Source: Anaerolineae bacterium (lineage in GTDB: Bacteria; Chloroflexota; Anaerolineae; Aggregatilineales; J027). Taken from it: a DNA stretch of 64,000 bases. Location of the stretch: assembly GCA_034437655.1 (NCBI GenBank), contig DAOTTU010000046.1, positions 55,115-119,114 on the forward strand. Reading direction: 5' to 3'. Below, piece after piece: positions 19,549-27,272 of this stretch (position 1 is its first letter; every line of letters begins with the position of its first letter). The notes below the pieces were generated by a model. That model saw only the letters and a program-made list of their open reading frames with translations, made no database searches and had not been told where the DNA came from. The position numbers were made by a program, and so were the translations under genes.

Positions 19549-19577
19549 ATTTTACTTATGGGCATTGAATAAGTCAA
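19549..19577 (-). promoter_or_regulatory. Sigma70-type promoter of the DUF2089 operon
   Basis: Minus strand TTGACT (19577-19572), 17-nt spacer, TAAAAT (19554-19549). Confidence 0.8.
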
Positions 19578-19621
19578 TCTTTATATTGAAAAAATTAATT
19601 CTCGACTTATGAAAATTGATG

Positions 19622-20872
19622 TCAGGGTTGAGGGGGATTGGTTGAAAGTGGTCGCCAACGTGGAAACAAGCGCGACCATGATGGTTGTGTGGGTTGGTGG
19701 CGGTGGCGGTAGGGTTGAGGATGCTGGGCATGCTGGTGAATGATGTCAGTAATCTGCATGGCTGCATCTGGACGTGCAAGGTGTTGGGCTGCGGTACTGA
19801 ATGCATCTCGAATACCAGTGTCGGTGTGCAACCAGCGCCGCAGATAGTCAACCACAAGATGAGGACGCGGTGCGTAAACACCCGCCTTGCGGTTAACCAC
19901 CAGCCGCACATTGCCATCTTCTTGGCCCGGAACGCGCCCGCTGAGAATCATCGGCAACCCGGCCATGCAGGCCTCGGTGATGGTCGCCGGGCCCGCTTTG
20001 GTAATCAAGATGTCAGCGGCAGCCATCAGTGTTGCAATGTAGTCAATAAAAGGGTAAACCTTCGTGGGCTGATTCCAGTCGAGCGTATCCAATCGTCGTA
20101 TTAAATTGACATTGCGCCCGGCGACAATCGCAAGCTGCATGTCAAAGCACTGGTCGTTGATGGCGCGCACCGTTTCGAAAACCGGCCCCATGCCATCTCC
20201 TCCACTTACAAGTAAGACGGCGGTTTTCTCGGGGTGCCAGCCCAGTTGAACACGGGCCGCCTGTTTGTCGATGAGTCGCGTGGCGAAGTCTGGGTGAACA
20301 GGCAACCCGGTGACCTGTAGCTGTTCGGGGCGCATCCCCACGTCTAAGCCGCGCTGATAGGCTTCATCAGTGGCAACAAGGATAGCATCTGCATTGCGCT
20401 GATACCATGAAACGGGTGTTGAAACAAGGTCAGTGACGACAGTGATAAATGGTGGCCGCTGTGCCATACCTTGTAGCACATGCAAGGCTGCTCGGTTAAA
20501 CAGTGAATGTACACAGACAATCACGTCAGGTGCTTCATGAATTAGCATTTGACGGAGCTTCGTACGCCATGTAAAAAACGCAGCGTCGAGCAAAAAACGT
20601 GAGCGCAAGCGGCCATCGCTGAGCAAGTACGCAAACTGCCACGTAATGCTGCTGTAGGTCACCCAACGCGGATAGATTTCGGGCATATAGCGATACGGAA
20701 AGGGGGTACAGCAGCGGAAAACATCTACTGAACGACAGTCGTACTGTCCGGGGTAGCGGTTTGCTAGTGTTTGTTGAATGGCGGTTGCTGCCGCCCGGTG
20801 ACCACCACCGGTATCTGACGACAGAAACAACACACGCCGTACATCAGCAGCATTATGGTCGGTTGTGGTCAT
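19622..20872 (-). CDS. MGDG synthase/UgtP-like GT28 glycolipid glycosyltransferase
   Basis: [52 protein letters not shown]. Confidence 0.88.
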   Translation of the reverse strand: MTTTDHNAADVRRVLFLSSDTGGGHRAAATAIQQTLANRYPGQYDCRSVDVFRCCTPFPYRYMPEIYPRWVTYSSITWQFAYLLSDGRLRSRFLLDAAFFTWRTKLRQMLIHEAPDVIVCVHSLFNRAALHVLQGMAQRPPFITVVTDLVSTPVSWYQRNADAILVATDEAYQRGLDVGMRPEQLQVTGLPVHPDFATRLIDKQAARVQLGWHPEKTAVLLVSGGDGMGPVFETVRAINDQCFDMQLAIVAGRNVNLIRRLDTLDWNQPTKVYPFIDYIATLMAAADILITKAGPATITEACMAGLPMILSGRVPGQEDGNVRLVVNRKAGVYAPRPHLVVDYLRRWLHTDTGIRDAFSTAAQHLARPDAAMQITDIIHQHAQHPQPYRHRHQPTQPSWSRLFPRWRPLSTNPPQP

Positions 20873-21066
20873 TGATCCGACCGTTGTGCAAGTTTGCGCT
20901 TGAACGCCTTTTCAAATTTACGCCGTGGTAGAAGCTGGCGACGTTGGCACCCGAGGCATTGTACGCCAATATCTGAGCCCACTCGGTATACACGCCACTG
21001 CTTGCTGCCACAAGGATGCGGCTTGCGAAACTCAACAATATCGTCAATTTGTACGTCAATCGGCAT
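20869..21066 (-). CDS. DUF951 family small protein
   Basis: [16 protein letters not shown]...R.GSDI...[15 protein letters not shown] matches the DUF951 pattern. Overlaps the glycosyltransferase start by 4 nt. Confidence 0.85.
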   Translation of the reverse strand: MPIDVQIDDIVEFRKPHPCGSKQWRVYRVGSDIGVQCLGCQRRQLLPRRKFEKAFKRKLAQRSDQ

Positions 21067-21089
21067 GAGCGCCTTAAACCTTGCCTGCC

Positions 21090-21800
21090 CTAGAGCTGAA
21101 GATACCCGAGCCGCAACATAACCGTTACGAGGTCATCCTGGCTTTCTGGCGGTGTTACCTTCTTCAATTCGCTGCATACATTGCCGGGTTCTATTGACTC
21201 ACCCAGTACACGCTCAATAGTTGGGCCATCCCAGACATCAATGGTACTGAGGAGAATACCAGAAAATGGCGGCAAGTATTTAATGACAATATCGGCGTCC
21301 GGCGCTTTTGCGGTAGCCCCTAACAGCTTGGTCGGGGCAGCACCATTGCTGGTCAAGCGTTGGAGCCCGTCGTCATTCATGACAAATGCACAGCCGTTGC
21401 CGATGCTAGTCATAAAGAGACGATTGTCTACAACCACGACCGAAAGCATTTCGATGTGGGCGTCTTCGTGGTTGTCATAAACTTGTTTATTGGCGAGTTG
21501 AACGGTGTCGCTGAGAACCTCATTGACGGCCGGCGCTTCGTCCAAATCATCAAGCGTAATATGGTAAAACTTCTGCATAAGCTGGGTGGCAACAGTGCGG
21601 GCAACAAGGGCTGCGGCATTCACATTGTCGGGGCTTTGGCTGGCTGCTTCATTGCTGATATGCGTGAGTGTAAAAACCCCAAAATCGTTACATTCACCGT
21701 CACCACACCGCGTTGCAGTCAATGAAACGGCAAAAGCGCGGCGTTCTTGAATATGATTATTGCTGAGTTGACAATAAGTCAGACGATCATCTGAAGCCAT
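21090..21800 (-). CDS. PP2C/PPM phosphatase-fold protein with degenerate metal ligands
   Basis: Order of motifs is PP2C-like (AN..VY, L...SIGNG.AF, LQRLT, ILLS, DDLVTV), but the ADGxGG and SDGl motifs are replaced. Confidence 0.6.
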   Translation of the reverse strand: MASDDRLTYCQLSNNHIQERRAFAVSLTATRCGDGECNDFGVFTLTHISNEAASQSPDNVNAAALVARTVATQLMQKFYHITLDDLDEAPAVNEVLSDTVQLANKQVYDNHEDAHIEMLSVVVVDNRLFMTSIGNGCAFVMNDDGLQRLTSNGAAPTKLLGATAKAPDADIVIKYLPPFSGILLSTIDVWDGPTIERVLGESIEPGNVCSELKKVTPPESQDDLVTVMLRLGYLQL

Positions 21801-21966
21801 GAATCTTATCCTGATGGTTGGCTCATGAGTTGGTTGCTACCCGCAACTATAACGCAAAATCAGGTGCATGAGAAGTCTATTGCATGTTGTTGGCGGTTTG
21901 TTGCACAATGTCGATACTGCTACGCTAAGCTCAAGTGATGTTCTATAGTTCAATGGAGCCGCCTGC

Positions 21967-22842
21967 ATGGATCAACCTCAGGTAATTTACGATCCAGATG
22001 TTGTTGATCAACTTGAAATCACCGGGTTTTTGGCTGATGTTATGACTCACATGCGTGATGTGGTAGCGCAACGTCAAGCGCAGGTGCCGACTAACGGACT
22101 GCGTGCGCTGAACTCGATTCAACGCCGTCCACGTGACCTGATCAGTTATTTGCGCCAGGACCGTTCGATGTCACTGATTATTGAAATCAAGCGTCGAACC
22201 CACCTCGGGCAGGTTCTCTTTGAAGATCGCTACGAACCTGATGACATCGCGCGATATTATCAAGACCTTGGGGTGCAAGCCATTGCAGTCGCAACCAATG
22301 AACGCTATTATGGCGGCGCATTGCATCACCTCACGTATGTCTCGCAGGAAGTCAAAATCCCCGTTATTCGACAGGACTTCGTTTTTGACCGCTATCAGGT
22401 CTACGAAGCACGTGCGGCTGGTGCTGACAGTGTAATCCTCATCGCAGCCTTGCTGGGCCAATATCGCCTGTGGGATTTGGTGTCACTCACACAGCGCCTA
22501 CGCATGACAGCGATTGTGCAGGTTGAAACAGAAGAGGAACTCCGCCGCGCCTTGAATGTTGATCCACGGGTGATTTGCATTAGCAATGTCAATTGGCGCA
22601 CACTTGAAGTCGATCTCAGCAAAACGACACAACTCGCGAAGTTGATTCCATCGCATGTGTTGACGATTTCGATGGGTGGAGTCCGCACTGCCGAAGACGT
22701 AACACAGCTTGCTGAAGCCAATGCTGACGCAATTATTGCGGGTGAGGCGATTTTGAGCGCACCGGATAAGCTGGCGGCGATAGAGGACTTATTTTCGATG
22801 ATTGATACCAACCCGACCGACCCCTGGAAGCCTGTCGAATGA
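21967..22842 (+). CDS. Indole-3-glycerol-phosphate synthase (TrpC)-like TIM barrel, probably catalytically inactive
   Basis: IIEIKR, AIAVATNERYYGG, DF.FD.YQVYEARAAGADSVILIAALL, L.M..IVQV are TrpC-like, but several catalytic residues are substituted. Confidence 0.8.
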   Translation: MDQPQVIYDPDVVDQLEITGFLADVMTHMRDVVAQRQAQVPTNGLRALNSIQRRPRDLISYLRQDRSMSLIIEIKRRTHLGQVLFEDRYEPDDIARYYQDLGVQAIAVATNERYYGGALHHLTYVSQEVKIPVIRQDFVFDRYQVYEARAAGADSVILIAALLGQYRLWDLVSLTQRLRMTAIVQVETEEELRRALNVDPRVICISNVNWRTLEVDLSKTTQLAKLIPSHVLTISMGGVRTAEDVTQLAEANADAIIAGEAILSAPDKLAAIEDLFSMIDTNPTDPWKPVE

Positions 22843-23720
22843 CGCGCCGTTATTTGCTGCTGGTTATTGTGCTGGCGGTTGTGCTGGCGGCTTGTGAAGA
22901 TGCCCCTGCCGAACCGCTCGTTAATGATGAAAACGCCCCGGTGCTGGTCGGCGATGCCCGCAGCCTGCCCAAGCAACTCGTCACCGTAGAGTTATCCCCC
23001 ACGCCAGACGCCGCCGCCGCAGCCCGCACACCGCAGGCAACTACACCCCCACCACCAACCGACGAGCCACTGCCTTTAGACCCGACTCGGACACCGACGC
23101 CCTTTGTGGGTGTGTTCGTGGGAACAGCGGTTGAGGGCACGCCGGGAAGCGCCGCCGTTGTGCCGGGCTCACCCAATTTGGGGACAGGTGGGTTGTCTGG
23201 TGGCGTAGGGAGTGGGGTTGGAACAACACCCGTTGCTGCTCCCGGAAATTGCCCCTTCGCTGTAGCAGATACCTTTGCACCGACCTACACCACCAACGAG
23301 AGCATTACGGCACAACTTGGGTGCCCACAGGATGCTGGCACAACGGTAAGCCTGGTACACCAACCCTTTGAACGTGGCTCGATGTACTGGCGCGACACTC
23401 GTCAAATTTACGCGCTACAGCCGAACAACGTGCTGCAAATTGTGCCAGACACCTGGCAAGAAAGCATCCCCGCCAGCGACCCAGCATTTTCGCCACCGTC
23501 ACCGAACCTGTTCCAGCCTGTGCGCGGTTTTGGCTTTGTGTGGCGCAGCAATGAGGGGTTACGCAATGCGCTGGGGTGGGCAACGCAACCAGAATCCTTT
23601 GTCTCAGGTTTCTGGCAAAACTTCGAAAATGGTGTGATCTTCCAGCGGCAGGATAACGGAAACGTCTTTGTATTGGTTGGGCCACCCGGGGGTAACGGCA
23701 CCTTCTATGGGCCGTTCTAG
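22839..23720 (+). CDS. Predicted lipoprotein with a PT-rich linker and a C-terminal LGCP..QPFERG.M.W..GFG.VW..LGWA domain
   Basis: Signal peptide with lipobox LAAC. ATGA overlap with the TrpC-like gene. Confidence 0.75.
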   Translation: MTRRYLLLVIVLAVVLAACEDAPAEPLVNDENAPVLVGDARSLPKQLVTVELSPTPDAAAAARTPQATTPPPPTDEPLPLDPTRTPTPFVGVFVGTAVEGTPGSAAVVPGSPNLGTGGLSGGVGSGVGTTPVAAPGNCPFAVADTFAPTYTTNESITAQLGCPQDAGTTVSLVHQPFERGSMYWRDTRQIYALQPNNVLQIVPDTWQESIPASDPAFSPPSPNLFQPVRGFGFVWRSNEGLRNALGWATQPESFVSGFWQNFENGVIFQRQDNGNVFVLVGPPGGNGTFYGPF

Positions 23721-23727
23721 TGCGCTG

Positions 23728-24921
23728 CTACCAGCCCAGATAGCTATGCGGGTTTTCACGGACGCCTGTCACGTTGCGAATTTCAAAATGCACATGCGGC
23801 CCGCTTGAATTACCAGAATTACCGAGTCCACCAATACGCTGACCGGCTTCGACGATTTGCCCACACCACACGTCAATCTCGCTGAGATGTGCATACAGGG
23901 ACATCACCGGGCCGTGTGCTACGACGATGGTATAGCCATAGCCCCACGTACTCCACCCGCGAAAAATAACCGTGCCGCTACCGACTGCATATACCGGATC
24001 GCCCATGCGGCCAGCGAGATCGACGCCGGGGTGCGCTTGAGTGTAATCATTGGTCAACACATAGCCGCGCGTCGGGAGTGTAACTGGCATCCCACCCCCA
24101 TAAATAGGCTGCACACCACATGAGCCAGGTTGCCCCTGCCCAAAAACCGCCTCGCCATTGTAGATTTGCGTTAAGCCACTCCCGGTTGACTCTACATTGG
24201 CATAGACGCTGTTGGGTGGTTCGTAGTATAGCGGCTCCCAGGCACCTGTCCCGCCGGGAATCACCACGCGCAAGCCAGCAGGTAGCAGATGTTCAGGATT
24301 AGCATCACGAAGGGCGTTAAAGTCTGAGTTGATGATCGTGAGCGGGTCCACAAGATACTGTTCGGCAAGTTCCTGGATCGTTACGGGTTGTTGCACGATA
24401 TGCAATGCGCCGTCAAAAGGCAAAATCATCATTTCAAAGCCAACCTGCAAGGCATTGTTATAAAAGCGGCGATTGGACCAGATCAGCGTGTATTCTTCCA
24501 GTCCGTAGCGGGTCGCGATGTCGTTGACGGTTTCGCCACGTTGGACAACATGCGTGACAATTGCGCTACGCTGCGGGGCCGGGTTAATGGTGAAGGGGCT
24601 CTCGGCGCGTGAGACATTCACGGCCCGGTCATCTGCATCAAGCGGCTGTGCGATTGAGGTTGCGATACTGTCCGGGTCGGCTGTGGATAGGGGTGTTGCT
24701 GTGATCGTTGGCAACGATGTCACGCTCGGACGAGGTGTACTGGTCGTTGTTGGCGTTATTGAAGGTGTCAGCGTCAGCGTGCTGGTTGGCGTTGCGACAG
24801 CGACCTCTTCGGCGTCCTCGTCTGGTAACAGGAACAGCCCCAGCGCCGCGATTGTCAGCATCAGGGCCATGACCAACAAAGCACCGCCTATCCAGCGTGG
24901 GTTTGGGCTCTGGCTATGCAT
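23728..24921 (-). CDS. Membrane-anchored LysM + M23 metallo-endopeptidase
   Basis: N-terminal TM helix, PT linker, LysM (HVVQRGETVNDIATRYGL), Zn motifs HPGVD and HVH (GPHVHFEIR). Confidence 0.9.
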   Translation of the reverse strand: MHSQSPNPRWIGGALLVMALMLTIAALGLFLLPDEDAEEVAVATPTSTLTLTPSITPTTTSTPRPSVTSLPTITATPLSTADPDSIATSIAQPLDADDRAVNVSRAESPFTINPAPQRSAIVTHVVQRGETVNDIATRYGLEEYTLIWSNRRFYNNALQVGFEMMILPFDGALHIVQQPVTIQELAEQYLVDPLTIINSDFNALRDANPEHLLPAGLRVVIPGGTGAWEPLYYEPPNSVYANVESTGSGLTQIYNGEAVFGQGQPGSCGVQPIYGGGMPVTLPTRGYVLTNDYTQAHPGVDLAGRMGDPVYAVGSGTVIFRGWSTWGYGYTIVVAHGPVMSLYAHLSEIDVWCGQIVEAGQRIGGLGNSGNSSGPHVHFEIRNVTGVRENPHSYLGW

Positions 24922-24933
24922 TGTTCGCCGCCT

Positions 24934-26256
24934 TTAGCACCGAATCGTAAAGCAGGGGTCAAGCGGTTCGAAATTGGCATTGCGGATTTCAAAGTGCAGG
25001 TGTGGCCCCGACGAACGGCCCGTACTGCCGAGTGTACCAATAACCGCCAATGCGCCGACTTGTTGCCCACATGAGACGCCAATACTGTTCAGGTGGGCGT
25101 AAATCGTGAAGCTAGAGCCGTGTGCAATCACAACAGTATTGCCATAGCCAAAGTTGTTCACCCCGGCGAAAATCACGGTGCCACCACCCGCTGCCCGAAT
25201 CGGGTCGCCTGTGTTGCCAGCGAGGTCCACACCTGTATGCGCTGCACTGAAGCCTGCGAAGAAATTTCCGGTATAGGGTTGATTCACAGGGAATGAACCG
25301 GGCGTGATGCTGCTGATATTGCAGCCTAGCAAGCCATAGAAGCGGACATAGTCAAGGATGTTGCTACCCGGGCCAGCGGGTGCGTTTTCATCGGCAGGCC
25401 CAGCACCGGACCAGATGGCACAGTTACCCCCATCACCGCCCGGCACCATAACCCCTGCCCCTTCAGGCAGAACCTGGTCTGGTTCAGCATCAACCAACAA
25501 TGGGTTATAGACCGACTCGATAATGTCTTCTGGGCTCACACCTGATGCCTCTGCGAGTTCTGCGATAGTAATTGGCGCGTTAATGCGGGCATAGTAACCA
25601 TCAACAGGGGGAATATTCAGGGCCACGCCGGGCCGTAGGGGGCTTACATTGCGCCGGTCGTTTGACCAGATGATTGAGCAAACGTCCTCTAGTTGAAACT
25701 GTTCCTTAATTTCATCGAGGGTGTCGCCCGTCTGCACAACGTAGCTTGCCAGTGTCACATTGCCCTGCCCGGTGTCTCCGATGCGCCGGGTAAACGGTGA
25801 GTTAGAGCGCTGCACAGCGTTCAGGTCAATGGCATCCTGTGCAACGACGGCCGGGGTGAGCAAGGCAACAGCAGCCACATCGACCGGGGCGGTTGGTAAC
25901 ACATCGGCACGGGTTGGTTGTGCGGTGGGTTCACCGGGGGCGACGGTTGGTGTTGGGGTGGCCGTGCTATCCTCATCCAGTGGTTTGGTGTCGGTCGTCG
26001 GCTCAGCAACAACAACGGGATCGCCTGTATTCTCGTCGTTTTCGGTATCACCCAGGAAAGTGAGCAGACCAGCGGCCAGCGTAAATACCAGAGCCGCAAT
26101 CAGCAGCATACCACCTACGAATTGCTGTTGCATACCGCTACGCGCTCCGACTGGTGCGGTGGGTGCAGTGGCGCTGGAGAGGGTATCATCGTTTTGTAAT
26201 GGCGGCTCTTCGGCGGCCAGTTTACGGAAAAGCTCGTCTGAACGTTGATCGGACAT
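24934..26256 (-). CDS. Membrane-anchored LysM + M23 metallo-endopeptidase, paralogue
   Basis: TM helix, PT linker, LysM (YVVQTGDTLDEI), HTGVD and GPHLHFEIR. Start moved to ATG 26256. Confidence 0.9.
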   Translation of the reverse strand: MSDQRSDELFRKLAAEEPPLQNDDTLSSATAPTAPVGARSGMQQQFVGGMLLIAALVFTLAAGLLTFLGDTENDENTGDPVVVAEPTTDTKPLDEDSTATPTPTVAPGEPTAQPTRADVLPTAPVDVAAVALLTPAVVAQDAIDLNAVQRSNSPFTRRIGDTGQGNVTLASYVVQTGDTLDEIKEQFQLEDVCSIIWSNDRRNVSPLRPGVALNIPPVDGYYARINAPITIAELAEASGVSPEDIIESVYNPLLVDAEPDQVLPEGAGVMVPGGDGGNCAIWSGAGPADENAPAGPGSNILDYVRFYGLLGCNISSITPGSFPVNQPYTGNFFAGFSAAHTGVDLAGNTGDPIRAAGGGTVIFAGVNNFGYGNTVVIAHGSSFTIYAHLNSIGVSCGQQVGALAVIGTLGSTGRSSGPHLHFEIRNANFEPLDPCFTIRC

Positions 26257-26438
26257 GGTTCCCTGTAATTTCATCAATCGGCAGATCAATGTCATCAGTG
26301 TAGCGTGACAGCCCGGTTTTTCAAGTTATGGTTGACCTACGCCTGTCACACATCCCACAGTGGTCAACGCATGAGTAGTGCAAATTCATGACGAGGGGTA
26401 CAATGCAGGCAGGCATCATAACAAGAAGGACGGGACTT

Positions 26439-27269
26439 ATGCCAGAAGCAGATAGTGTCAACAAAGTAGAACACCCTAACACCGTACTCACCCTCTCCCA
26501 GAATTTTAGTGATCTGGGCCTGAAACCCGGCGATGTCGTGTTGATGCATAGTGCGATGGGCAAACTTGGCTGGACGGTGGGTGGCCCCGTTGCGGTGATT
26601 GACGCCCTTCTGGAAGTCTTAACGCCGAGAGGCACGTTGGTCATGCCCACACACACCACTGACAACAGCGAACCATCCTACTGGGAAAACCCGCCCGTGC
26701 CGGAAAGCTGGTGGCCCGTTATTCGTCAACAGATGCCCGCCTTTCGGCCTGAAGTGACCCCGACGCGCATGATGGGTGCTATCCCGGAGCTATTTCGTAC
26801 GTATCCCAACGTGCTGCGCAGCAACCACCCGGCCTACTCTTTCGCGGCGTGGGGGCAATATGCACAGTTCGTCATTGACGGACATGAGCTGGAAGCCTCA
26901 CTCGGTGAACAATCTCCCCTGGCGCGGGTGTACGACCTGGAAGGAAAAGTTTTGCTCTTGGGTGTCAACCACGAGAATAACACATCGCTACACCTGGCTG
27001 AGCATCGCGCCTCATACCCCGCCAAAATAACCGTTAAGCAAGGAGCCGCATGGATGCTGGGTGGTCAACGCCGCTGGGTGGAGTGGGAAGAGCTGGCCTA
27101 CGACGAAGACGACTTCGCGGAACTCGGCACGGCCTTTGAACAGAGCATCGGTTATACACCCGGCAAAGTCGGTGCAGCAGAGGCACGGTTAGTCTCGCAA
27201 CGGGCCGTGGTAGATTTCGCCGTAGGATGGCTGACAGCGAACCGCAAGCAGGCAGTTTCAGAAGAATAG
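26439..27269 (+). CDS. Aminoglycoside N(3)-acetyltransferase family protein (AAC(3)/YokD-like)
   Basis: LMHSAM..LGW, GTLVMPTHT, TPTRMMG, RSNHPAYSFAAWG, VLLLGV..ENNTSLHLAE. ATG 26439 with an AAGGA SD. Confidence 0.88.
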   Translation: MPEADSVNKVEHPNTVLTLSQNFSDLGLKPGDVVLMHSAMGKLGWTVGGPVAVIDALLEVLTPRGTLVMPTHTTDNSEPSYWENPPVPESWWPVIRQQMPAFRPEVTPTRMMGAIPELFRTYPNVLRSNHPAYSFAAWGQYAQFVIDGHELEASLGEQSPLARVYDLEGKVLLLGVNHENNTSLHLAEHRASYPAKITVKQGAAWMLGGQRRWVEWEELAYDEDDFAELGTAFEQSIGYTPGKVGAAEARLVSQRAVVDFAVGWLTANRKQAVSEE

Positions 27270-27272
27270 CCT

